A stretch of 64,000 nucleotides of DNA from Candidatus Latescibacterota bacterium. GTDB taxonomy: Bacteria > Latescibacterota > UBA2968. Below the pieces are notes generated by a model. It was not told the DNA's origin and searched no databases. It worked only from the letters and a program-made list of their open reading frames with translations. Below are positions 28,570-38,024 of this stretch, one piece after another. Numbering within the stretch: position 1 is the stretch's first letter; each line of letters starts with the position of its first letter. Made by a program: the position numbers and the translations under genes. The DNA is taken from positions 2,528,001 through 2,592,000 of the forward strand of contig OZ242010.1 in the NCBI GenBank assembly GCA_965204745.1, read 5' to 3'.

Positions 28570-31500
28570 CTAAAATGAAAATCGCAACCCAAACGCGATG
28601 TCGCGGCGGTCCAAATAGACCAGATACGGACGGCGCGTCTCTTGGAAATTATTCAAATCCACGTCGGAACCCGGACGGCTGCCTTCCTGCAAGTTGCCAC
28701 TGGAATCGACCGTCCACCCGAGCCGCTCCATATAGGCTCTTGCTTTGGCATCGTCGTTGGTGTTCGGATAATCCCAAACCTCGCCATCGAAGTCGCGGTG
28801 GTGGTTGAAGTTCTTGAAATTGAAGATGTTGTGGATCTCCAAGTACAACAGCGGCGCGCCCGCGATATCAAAGGCTTTTGATATCCGCAAGTCTGCGATG
28901 TTGCTGTCCGTCCACTGCACGTTCAACACATTTTGCAAGGCGGGGTCGTTGGTCGGATTGTAATTCATCCACCAACCGCCTTCGCGGCGGAAGAACAAGT
29001 TGGCTTCCCAACCGCCTTTCCACATGCGCTGTTCGGCGCCGTAGTCGAGCGGCGTGCGGAAGTTCAACCCCAACTTCCAAATTGGACGCGCTTTGAACGC
29101 CTCGTTGGCGGCATTGGCATTGACATCGATGAGCAAGCGGGAAGGCGTGGTCACGGTGTTCTGATCGTAGATTCTATCCCACCCAATTCGCCGCCTGCGT
29201 TCTTGGCGGTAATCGTAGGAAATGAAGCCCGTGAAGAACTGACCGCGCGATTTCTTGAAGGCGATCTCGTACCCGCGCACGTCTTTGATGCGGCCCGAAG
29301 TCGTCCAGCGCGTGCGTCTGCTGGTGCTGTTCAGGGTGTAATAGCTCGTGTTGGGTTCGAGTTCTTTGTCGATGTCTTTGAAATACACCGTGCTCGAAGC
29401 CAGGTACGTCCCTGCAAAGCTCTTTTCAAACCCGAGTTCATACGCGATAGTCTGCGGCATTTCCACCCAGGGGTTGCCGAAGTTTTCCAAAGGCTCGCCC
29501 GCGCCAGACTGCGCTCGGTAGAGTTCCACTGTCGTGGGCACCTGATAGAAGTGACCGTAGTTGAAGTAGAGCTTGGAGGTGGCGGTCGTCGGATGAGACA
29601 CGCCAAACCGCGGGCTCCACGTCCACTGGGTCGGCGCGCGAACCCTGCGCCGATTCTCGTACAGCCGCGTGGCATTTGAGCCGATGTATTCATCGTGCGG
29701 TTGGCCCACCAGGTCAAACCACTTGTCGGGACGGTGGAAGTCCAAGCGCAGGCCCGCGTTCACCACGATCTGCCGATATTCCATGCGGTCTTGAACGAAC
29801 AAACCGCCGTACCACGGCGTCTTGACATAGTAGTTGTGCAAGTTCGCGGTCTGCGTTGCCACGATATCGGCGGGATTGTCGCTTTCCCAACCATCGGGGC
29901 GGGTCGGCAAGGTGGAGACATAGCCGCGGAACTCTCGCAGGTAAAACGTATGCGCCTGAATCCCCGCTTTGATCTGGTGATGCGGCGTCATCTGGCTGGT
30001 GATGTCAAAGGTCAAATCGGTCTCTCGGATATAGGACCAATCCGCCGAGCGGCTCGATCCGCCGCCGCCGCGCAACCGGTAAATCCCCAAGATGTCGTTG
30101 CGCCGGTTGGCGTAGTTCCAGCCCACCGGGGCTTCGTCCAAAATCACGGCCCCGGCCGCTCGTGCGCGCTCGACATTCGCGTTGGGGGTGACGGCTTCGT
30201 TGCCTTCTTGAAATTGGGCGATCTCGGAGGCGTAATCTTCGAACTCTTCAATTCGGCCATCGGGATACACCGCGGCGCGGGGGATGCCTCGGGCCTGCGG
30301 TTTCTGCCAGGTGGCTTCCCAGTCCGTCCTGCCATAACGCGCCGTGAGGTTGTAAAAGGTTTTGGGCGACAAGGTGTGCGACCAGTTCAGGGTAAAATAG
30401 TTGCGGCCGATGGTCTGCTGGTTGTTCTGAGACCCGGGCGCAAACATCTGAACATCGTCAAAGCGGAGAGACGCCTCGTATTGCGATCTGACAAACGTGC
30501 CCGTAAAATCGCCGCGCTTCGCGCCATCGGCCCAACCGCGCAAATAACCCAACGACAGCTTTGTCGTGGCAGTCGGCGTCATCGTCAATTTGCCCTGCAA
30601 CATGTTGTCGCGGTACGACGTTTTGGACAGGTCGTACACATAGGCCGTGCGCTCGCGCTGGCTGGTCACCATCAACGACAACTTGTCGCTGATGATGGGC
30701 GTGCCAAGGGTCGCGTCGTAGTGATAATCCGCTTCGCGATCCCCTGCATTGGCATTGTAGCCATCGTTGCCATCGAGTTCAAAATTGCGATGTTGCCACG
30801 CCCAGATGCCTTTGGCCTGGGCAATGGATTGGATCGGGTCGTCAAAAATGCCCGCGGTCCAGTTGCCCTCGGCGCCGCCGCGATCCGCAAATTCCTGCGT
30901 CCAACCCTTAAAATCGGGGGTGCCATCGCCATTGAGATCTGCGGTGGGGGTATCGCTTTCAAACCGGCCGACATCCCACCAGTTGTCCGAACTGTACACT
31001 TCGGGGCCAAAGTGCTTGCGCCCAGCGGGATTGAACCGCGCATCCGCGTTGATCGTGAACTGGCGCGGCTCGCGGGTGACGATGTTGACGACGCCACTGC
31101 GAACATCCCCATACTCCGCGCTAAAACCACCCGTCAAAATTTGCACTTCGGCCAGATTTGTTTTGCTAAACGAAGAATACGGCCGGTTGTTGCGGTTGTC
31201 TTTCATGCCCACGCCGTCTAGCGTGTACAGCAATTCCTCTTCGCTCGCGCCGCGAATGGTCAACCCCCAGGCGTCGCGATCCACGCCGACCTGCGTGGCA
31301 AACGCATCGCGCAAGCGCGGCCCCGTGGGGGTCTCGCGCACCTCGGTCGCCTTCATAATCGTTTGGGCGTAGGAGACTTCCAATTCGATGGGCGGGCGCT
31401 CGGCCACAACCGTGATCTCGCTCAATTCGACGGTCGATTCCGTCAGGGAAAAATTCACCGGCGAGGTGCGGTCCACACTCACCACCACATCCGTCTTGCT

Positions 31501-31770
31501 CACCGTGTGATAGCCCACGAGTGATGCCTGCACTTCGTACACGCCCGGCAACACCTGAATGACGAAATACTCGCCATTGACATCGGCGGTCGCGCCGAGC
31601 CGCGTACCCGCGATCACCACATTGGCCCCCGGCAAGGGGTCGCCGGTATTGGCATCGGTGATGCGCCCCGCGATTTTGCCCGTGGTGGTCTGTGCATCGG
31701 CGCGATGCGCTAGACCAAACCCCAGGGCAATGGCGAGTGCGGTGTAAAACCATGACTTATAGCGATTCAT
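28570..31770 (-). CDS. TonB-dependent receptor with N-terminal carboxypeptidase-regulatory-like domain
   Basis: TTGKIAGRITDANTGDPLPGANV; plug TGGFSAEYGDVRSGVVNIVT; SPRFGVSHP; C-terminal GLRFSF; SD AGGAGGA. Confidence 0.9.
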   Translation of the reverse strand: MNRYKSWFYTALAIALGFGLAHRADAQTTTGKIAGRITDANTGDPLPGANVVIAGTRLGATADVNGEYFVIQVLPGVYEVQASLVGYHTVSKTDVVVSVDRTSPVNFSLTESTVELSEITVVAERPPIELEVSYAQTIMKATEVRETPTGPRLRDAFATQVGVDRDAWGLTIRGASEEELLYTLDGVGMKDNRNNRPYSSFSKTNLAEVQILTGGFSAEYGDVRSGVVNIVTREPRQFTINADARFNPAGRKHFGPEVYSSDNWWDVGRFESDTPTADLNGDGTPDFKGWTQEFADRGGAEGNWTAGIFDDPIQSIAQAKGIWAWQHRNFELDGNDGYNANAGDREADYHYDATLGTPIISDKLSLMVTSQRERTAYVYDLSKTSYRDNMLQGKLTMTPTATTKLSLGYLRGWADGAKRGDFTGTFVRSQYEASLRFDDVQMFAPGSQNNQQTIGRNYFTLNWSHTLSPKTFYNLTARYGRTDWEATWQKPQARGIPRAAVYPDGRIEEFEDYASEIAQFQEGNEAVTPNANVERARAAGAVILDEAPVGWNYANRRNDILGIYRLRGGGGSSRSADWSYIRETDLTFDITSQMTPHHQIKAGIQAHTFYLREFRGYVSTLPTRPDGWESDNPADIVATQTANLHNYYVKTPWYGGLFVQDRMEYRQIVVNAGLRLDFHRPDKWFDLVGQPHDEYIGSNATRLYENRRRVRAPTQWTWSPRFGVSHPTTATSKLYFNYGHFYQVPTTVELYRAQSGAGEPLENFGNPWVEMPQTIAYELGFEKSFAGTYLASSTVYFKDIDKELEPNTSYYTLNSTSRRTRWTTSGRIKDVRGYEIAFKKSRGQFFTGFISYDYRQERRRRIGWDRIYDQNTVTTPSRLLIDVNANAANEAFKARPIWKLGLNFRTPLDYGAEQRMWKGGWEANLFFRREGGWWMNYNPTNDPALQNVLNVQWTDSNIADLRISKAFDIAGAPLLYLEIHNIFNFKNFNHHRDFDGEVWDYPNTNDDAKARAYMERLGWTVDSSGNLQEGSRPGSDVDLNNFQETRRPYLVYLDRRDIAFGLRFSF

Positions 31771-32105
31771 AAAACATCCTCCTTTATGGTTTCTTCCCAA
31801 TATTGGGGAAGACGAGGGAAAGATTCTCTCGGCCCTTTCCCAAAGCCGATTTCTCCATACCTCAAGAGAGAAACTGCCAACGACAAATCACCTACAAGAC
31901 ATCACCTCCTTTTTTTGCCCTATATACTCGGGACACCTCAACCACTGCTGCGATGAACTGCTCGTGCCAAAAATCTCATGTAAAGACCAGAAAGTCAAGA
32001 GAAAATTCAAAACGAGCAGGCGTCATGCGAAGCAAAGCAAAGCATCTCTTACCTTCTCATCACACGAATGCGAATTGCGAATTGGGGTGGCGTGGGGCAT
32101 TCTTA

Positions 32106-32538
32106 TACCAATTTGATTTTATGTTGTTCGCATCCTGCCTCATGATGAATGAGGAACAGACGTTCTATACAAATCATGCGTTGCTCGTCTCAAGCGTTTG
32201 GTCCTACAGCCTCGTTGGTTGCCTCCGATGCCTTCGGCGACTTACTTTTTTTCAACAGCAAAAAAAAGTAAGCAAAAAATGCCGCTCTCAAACGCCGAGA
32301 GGCTTGCACAGCGCAAAGCGCTTTTGTAATCGTACGACATGTGCCGGCCTGCAAAGTGGGTTGCATAATGGATGTTGGTTGCGAGACGGACTTGCGCGCT
32401 GTGCGTGATGGCTTTAGCTGATGGGCTTTTGCGATGGCAGGGGTGCCATGGCTTCGCGGAATGACTGCGGAACGTCAAGCGAATCATTTGCTATCTGCAT
32501 ATCGCATCGCATTGGGACAACCGCAATTCAATTTGGTA
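32106..32538 (+). mobile_element. MITE-like element copy 2 (433 bp)
   Basis: TTA|TACCAATTTGATT...AATTCAATTTGGTA|TTA: terminal inverted repeats and 3-bp duplication. Confidence 0.85.
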
Positions 32539-32596
32539 TTAATTCCCAATTCTTGATTCCTCATTCATCCTTGATGGGACGCAGGATATAATACCT

Positions 32597-35500
32597 CTAC
32601 CTCGCAATGAGAAAGATCACATCCTTGCTCACTCGTGTTCCCGCATTCAAATCCGTTACGGTGACCTCCAACGCATAGCGTCCCGCCTCTGATCCGCTTA
32701 TGTCGATCTCGAGATAATTGTACTCTGTTTGCGCCATCCCCACCTGTTCGTAGGCAATCGTCACCACCTTCTTTTGTTCGATGCCCAAGAGCTTGCCGAC
32801 CGCGCGCAAGATCGTCACGGCCAGGGGCTTGCCCTTGCGGGGCGAAATTTTGTAATCCATAAGATAGCGCGTCTGGCCCAACTCGTTGCGCGTCAACCCA
32901 TAGACCTCGTAGTAAATCGTCACGGGTTGCCCGGGCAAGTAGGTCTTGGAGGGCATGGGCACGACCTTGCGCCCGCCCTTTGTCGTTAGGGTCGCATCTT
33001 CGGCGACCGAGCCGGCCAATTCGATATCGCTCAATCCCAAGCCATCCTCGGCATAGTCTTCCACCGCCACTTCGCGCGTGTACGCGCCCATCAAATTGCG
33101 ACTGCGGTCGCGCACTTCTACCCCCAGATGGTAATTGCCCGGCGGCACATGAAGCGCGAGTTCGTCGATCAACATGGCGCCGCGTTGCACCTCTGTACCA
33201 TCCGATAGGGCATAAGGCAGTGGGGCGACCTTCCGAAAAACCGGCGTCCAAGTGCTGTCAAACAGGGCAATGCCGCGTTCGACTTCGCCCTGGGTTCGCC
33301 CCGAATCGATCAGCGCGATCAACGGGATGCCGCAATAGACCTCTAAGCGGGTGTGGGGATGCGCGCCGCGAAAGTCTGCCGCGTGAAAATGAAATGCCAA
33401 ATCATCTGTTCGGGGCCGATAAATTTCGGGTTGTCGGCCCACGGCTCGCGCCACCACGCGGTCGGGCCTTTTTGCGGTCCACGCGCTTTGATTGAAGGTC
33501 GATAACACGCGGCCTTGTGGCATGTCGGGAAAATCGAACGCGCCGCGAGAATCCAAAGCCGTAAAGACGACCTCGATACCGCCTGCCACCTCCGGGTAAA
33601 TCCAGTATTCCCAGGGCGTGCCGCTGTCGATGGGAAAGATGGGAAAGCCCCGAATATTGGTCATGCCCGCGTCTCGGTCGCGATGGGAATCCTGCACGTC
33701 GTCGTAGTAGTTGCCATCGTTGCGATCTGCGCCGCCGCCGAAAAACGTGCGGTTGGGATTCGATTCGTAGTCGATAGATTCAAAATCCGCGACGATCAAA
33801 TCGCCGGCATCGTCCCCCTGGTATTGCACGTCCCGCGTGGAAGTCCGCAACCGGCCCATCCGCGCGATAATCTCCTTGTGCGCCTCTGCGGTCAAGCCCA
33901 TCCACAGGCGTTCTTTCACCCGCACCACATCGGCGGCCATCTCGTAGCGGATGTCGACCGCGCGGCTTTTGTGCGCGGGGTCGCCATAGCGAATGTAAAT
34001 CTCCCCGCGCTTGTCCCACGGCGTGCGCCCGGTTGAAAAATGTCGCATCGCGTACAATACCCGGCGATAGTGTTCCACCAGCCGCTCGTTGCCCGGCGTG
34101 GCCGGCGTGGGGTCGCGCCGCTGCCAGAACATCCGAACGAAATCCGCCTGCTTTTCGGGCGACAACGCGTCGTACGCCGCGGCCTCTCGCGGGGTCGCCA
34201 CGGTGCGAATGTCTTGCAAGCGCGTGCGCGTCTCGCCGTCCACCGTGCGTAAATACTCCGCCATCACTGCTTGCGCTTTCCCGGTTTCGCCCATCTTTTG
34301 ATACGCGCCCAAAAGCAGGGGGAGGCATTCCGCGCGCAGTTCGGGCCGCGTGTCCATCAGGTCGCGCCACAGGCGCGTCGCCCGTGCATCCCGCCCTTGC
34401 TTCAACCAAACGCGCGCGAGGCTCAAGCGCGCCCGCGCGTGCATCGGGTTTGTCGCGCTTTGTCGGAGATAGGCTTTCTCGGCGGCTTGCACCTCGCCCG
34501 CGCGCTCGACCACGCGCCCGAGCAAATACAGCAACGAGGGATGATTCGGATGGCTTTCGATAGCTTCCCTCAAAGCGGCTTCTGCGCGTTGTTTGCCCCC
34601 GAGCAACCGGGCGATAGCGCGGTTGACCAGCGCGGGGCCATAGCGGGGCCGAAGCGCGAGGGCCTGATCGCAATGCGCGACTGCCTCGTCCCATCGCTTG
34701 CGCCCCATGTGGGCTAGCCCCGCGCCTAGGTGGGCTTCGGCCGAGGTCGCGTTTAGAAACGCCCGTTCCGCCGAAGGGACGTCGCCCGCAAACAGATGGG
34801 CGTATCCCCGTGCGGTTCGGCCCATCAAATCGCCGCCATCTTCGGAAAGGAGGGCGTCGATCACCTCGAAGGCGGCTCGCGCCATCGCCGGATCGGGCGG
34901 CACTTGGCGCGCTGCATAGCGCGGATCGATGTATTTCGCCATTTCCTTCTGCCTGCCGATTGCCGCGAGGAGTGCCCCGTCCAGATGGGGCGGCGCGCCA
35001 AAGCCGAGCAAGGGATTGTAATACGCCCGCGCGATGAGCGGATTGCGATCCATCCAAAACCCGTAGAGGAATGCGGCCCGATCTGCCCGTCCCAATCCCG
35101 CATAAGTGGATGCGACCCCTGCGCCGCCAAATTGCTTTAACAGGCGCCCGCCTATCTCTGACCGTTGCTCGTCAAAGGCCGACGCGGGAACGGGCGCGTC
35201 GCCCATCACCTCGAATTTTCGGGCCGATGTGAGGGTATCGCGCCCCGCGCTCACGCGAACCCGCAGCGTGTACACGCCCGGCAGCAGGTCATGCGTGGGG
35301 ATGCCCTCGGCAAATTCAACGCCGCCGCGATACCCCGGAAAAGATCGCTGATCGCGCCAAATGCGATGCCCGTAGCGGTCTTCCACTTGCATGGCGACGC
35401 GATGGCTCTGATAGCCCAAATAGTAGAGCTCAAAATACGCGTACAGGGGGGTTCCCCTGCGATATTGCCGAGACGGGTTGGGCATCACCGTGCGCCCGTT

Positions 35501-36046
35501 TTTGCGAAACATCTCGAGGGCTTTGCCCGCGCCTCGTGGGTTGAACCCAGAAGACAAGTACAGATCGCTCATGCCCACCGCGCCCGGATCGTAAGCGGGC
35601 ACCTCGACCGAGAACACGGCCAACCCCGACCGGTCAGCTTGCACATCGCTGAGGGTCAGTTCCCCGCGATACCGGCCCTTGGGCAAGCGCACTTGCACCA
35701 TGTCGTACACCATGCGGTCGGGATCGACCGTGGCCGCTATGGACTCGGCGGTGAGCTGGCTTTCCGCCTCCACTTGCCGCACGACCTCGCCCTCTGCATT
35801 TAAGACCCGTAGCGACGGTTTGTAGCGCGCGAGATACCCACCCGAATCCGCCTGCAAAAACGCGAACTGCGCCACCGGAAAGCGCAGCGTGATCTCTTCA
35901 AACCCCTCGCGGCCGCGATAGCGAAAACTGCACACATCGATCTCAAAAGCCACCGCCCCTTCTCCGCGCGGGGGCAGGTCCGTCTCGCTGGCGCGAAGGT
36001 CACAAACCGCGACCAGCAAACCCAACAACACTGTCGTAAAGCGCAT
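32597..36046 (-). CDS. Exported GWxTD-family/TPR protein
   Basis: Signal peptide MRFTTVLLG; FWQRRDPTPATPGNERLVEHYRRV...WDKRGEIYIRYGDP; TPR helices; SD..VPxPS..YxExY module at both ends. Confidence 0.8.
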   Translation of the reverse strand: MRFTTVLLGLLVAVCDLRASETDLPPRGEGAVAFEIDVCSFRYRGREGFEEITLRFPVAQFAFLQADSGGYLARYKPSLRVLNAEGEVVRQVEAESQLTAESIAATVDPDRMVYDMVQVRLPKGRYRGELTLSDVQADRSGLAVFSVEVPAYDPGAVGMSDLYLSSGFNPRGAGKALEMFRKNGRTVMPNPSRQYRRGTPLYAYFELYYLGYQSHRVAMQVEDRYGHRIWRDQRSFPGYRGGVEFAEGIPTHDLLPGVYTLRVRVSAGRDTLTSARKFEVMGDAPVPASAFDEQRSEIGGRLLKQFGGAGVASTYAGLGRADRAAFLYGFWMDRNPLIARAYYNPLLGFGAPPHLDGALLAAIGRQKEMAKYIDPRYAARQVPPDPAMARAAFEVIDALLSEDGGDLMGRTARGYAHLFAGDVPSAERAFLNATSAEAHLGAGLAHMGRKRWDEAVAHCDQALALRPRYGPALVNRAIARLLGGKQRAEAALREAIESHPNHPSLLYLLGRVVERAGEVQAAEKAYLRQSATNPMHARARLSLARVWLKQGRDARATRLWRDLMDTRPELRAECLPLLLGAYQKMGETGKAQAVMAEYLRTVDGETRTRLQDIRTVATPREAAAYDALSPEKQADFVRMFWQRRDPTPATPGNERLVEHYRRVLYAMRHFSTGRTPWDKRGEIYIRYGDPAHKSRAVDIRYEMAADVVRVKERLWMGLTAEAHKEIIARMGRLRTSTRDVQYQGDDAGDLIVADFESIDYESNPNRTFFGGGADRNDGNYYDDVQDSHRDRDAGMTNIRGFPIFPIDSGTPWEYWIYPEVAGGIEVVFTALDSRGAFDFPDMPQGRVLSTFNQSAWTAKRPDRVVARAVGRQPEIYRPRTDDLAFHFHAADFRGAHPHTRLEVYCGIPLIALIDSGRTQGEVERGIALFDSTWTPVFRKVAPLPYALSDGTEVQRGAMLIDELALHVPPGNYHLGVEVRDRSRNLMGAYTREVAVEDYAEDGLGLSDIELAGSVAEDATLTTKGGRKVVPMPSKTYLPGQPVTIYYEVYGLTRNELGQTRYLMDYKISPRKGKPLAVTILRAVGKLLGIEQKKVVTIAYEQVGMAQTEYNYLEIDISGSEAGRYALEVTVTDLNAGTRVSKDVIFLIAR

Positions 36047-36183
36047 GGTACCCTCTTTGAATTTGAGCAAACTGCAAGCGAACTTGGCGAGATGGTTTGC
36101 GAAGTAAAATAACACAAAACAAGCGCGATTTCAACCCGATAGCCCCGATGGAATTTTCAGAAAGGCGTTCACGCATGCGATAA

Positions 36184-36619
36184 TACCAAATTGATTTTCT
36201 GTTGGTCTAATGTGATGCGATACGCTAAGAGCAAACGATTCACTTGGCGTTCCGCAGTCATTCAGAAAAGCCATTGCAACCATGCCATCACAAAAGACCA
36301 TCAGATAAAGCCATCACGCACAGCGCGCAAGTCCATTGGCAACCCACATCCATCTTGCAACCCACCTTGCAGGCTGTCTCATGTCGTACTGCTACAAAAG
36401 CGATTTGCGCTGTGCAAGCCCCTCGGCGTTTGAGAGCGGCATTTTTGAACTGCTGGGGCAGTTGTACCCCGCTCGCTTACTTTTTTTTGCTGTTGAAAAA
36501 AAGTAAGTCGCCGAAGGCATCGAAGGCAACAATTGAGGATTTAGAACCAAACGCTTGAGACAAGCAACACATGATCCTTGATGGGGGCAGGATACGGACA
36601 AGCTAAAATCAAATTGGTA
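36184..36619 (-). mobile_element. MITE-like element copy 3 (436 bp, inverted, with 28-nt nested insert)
   Basis: TAA|TACCAAATTGATTTT...AAAATCAAATTGGTA|TAA; 14/15 inverted-repeat match. Confidence 0.85.
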
Positions 36620-36743
36620 TAATTTCATCCATACCCTCGCTTTTAGGTTGCATGTTGTGACGTAGGGGATATATTTCCCGTGTCGTAAGACTTATCGCCT
36701 CGGGGTTCTTCATCAATCGCAATCCCCTCACAAAAAGGAGTCC

Positions 36744-38024
36744 ATGATGAATTCGTTGAACCGACGTGCGTTTTTGCGAGGTGCTGGTGTGTGTTTGGCC
36801 TTGCCGTTTTTGGACGCGATGTTGCCCGTGGGGCCTGCCGCGAGCAAAGCGTTTGCCCTTGCCCGTGCCGAGGCGGCCAAGCGGTTGGTGTGCATTGGCA
36901 ATCCGTTTGGGATGATTCCCGAGCGGTTTTTCCCCACGGAGGCCGGTGCGGATTACGCGCTTTCGCCCCTGTTGCAACCGTTAGAGGCGCATCGGCGAGA
37001 TTTTACCGTGTTTTCCAATTTGGACCACGGCGTGACCGGCGGGCATCGCACCGCGCACACGTTTTTGAGCGGGATCCGCATTAAAGATGCCGCGATGATG
37101 CCCGAGAGCAATATCTCTATCGACCAGAAGGCCGCAGAGCATGTGGGCGTGGCGACGCGCTTCCCCTCGCTGAATGTGAGCATCAACGGGCACTGCGAAA
37201 TGTGCTGGACGCGCACGGGCGTTCGCGTGCCGCCGATCAACAATCCGCGCAAGGTGTTTCAGGCGTTGTTCGTGGATGCGAATGCCAAAGAAAAGGAACG
37301 GCGCGCGGTAGCACTCGATCAGCACGGCAGCATTTTGGACGCGGTGATGGGCGAGGCGCGGATGTTTGAGCGCAAGTTGGGCCGGCAAGACCGAGAAAAG
37401 TTGGACGAGTATCTGACCTCGGTGCGCTCGGTGGAGAAGAAGTTGGGCATGTCCAAGGTGTGGTTGGACAAACCCAAGCCCAAAGTGGAGATGGACATGC
37501 CGCAAAACGGCACCTTTGTCGAGACCCTGCCGCTGATGTACGATCTCATCGCGCTGGCACTCCAAACGGATTCGACTCGGGTCGCCACGCTGGAAATCGG
37601 GCAGGGGATCAAGACCACGGATTTGGGATTGAATACGAATTACCACAAGTATTCCCACCACGGCAAGTTGCCCGAACTGATCGACGGGCTGACCATCATC
37701 GAGAAGTACCAGATGAAACACCTCGGCCTGTTTTTCGACAAGCTCAAAGCCGTGGAAGACCCGGCGGGCGGGACCTTGTTCGACCACACTATGATCATCT
37801 CCGGCAGTGGCATGGGCAATGGCAGCTCGCATACGAATAAGAATTTGCCCGTTTTGCTCGCGGGCGGCGGGTTCGCACACGGGCAACACATGGTGTTTCC
37901 CGAAGCAAAGCCCAAGCGCGTTCCCCTGAGCAATTTGTACGTGACGCTGTTGCAGAATTTTGGCTTGGAAATCGATCAGTTCGGCCAAAGCACGGGCACG
38001 TTGCGGGGATTGGAGAGCACATGA
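36744..38024 (+). CDS. DUF1552-family Tat-exported protein
   Basis: RRAFLRGAGVCLALPFLDAM; ISIDQKAA; ALQTDSTRVAT; GNGSSH...NLPVLLAGG. Confidence 0.85.
   Translation: MMNSLNRRAFLRGAGVCLALPFLDAMLPVGPAASKAFALARAEAAKRLVCIGNPFGMIPERFFPTEAGADYALSPLLQPLEAHRRDFTVFSNLDHGVTGGHRTAHTFLSGIRIKDAAMMPESNISIDQKAAEHVGVATRFPSLNVSINGHCEMCWTRTGVRVPPINNPRKVFQALFVDANAKEKERRAVALDQHGSILDAVMGEARMFERKLGRQDREKLDEYLTSVRSVEKKLGMSKVWLDKPKPKVEMDMPQNGTFVETLPLMYDLIALALQTDSTRVATLEIGQGIKTTDLGLNTNYHKYSHHGKLPELIDGLTIIEKYQMKHLGLFFDKLKAVEDPAGGTLFDHTMIISGSGMGNGSSHTNKNLPVLLAGGGFAHGQHMVFPEAKPKRVPLSNLYVTLLQNFGLEIDQFGQSTGTLRGLEST

Noticed and set aside
31771-32100. Known riboswitch (cobalamin/TPP) upstream of TBDR
   Set aside because: Hairpins are present but I could not find the conserved aptamer motifs; an Rfam scan would be needed.
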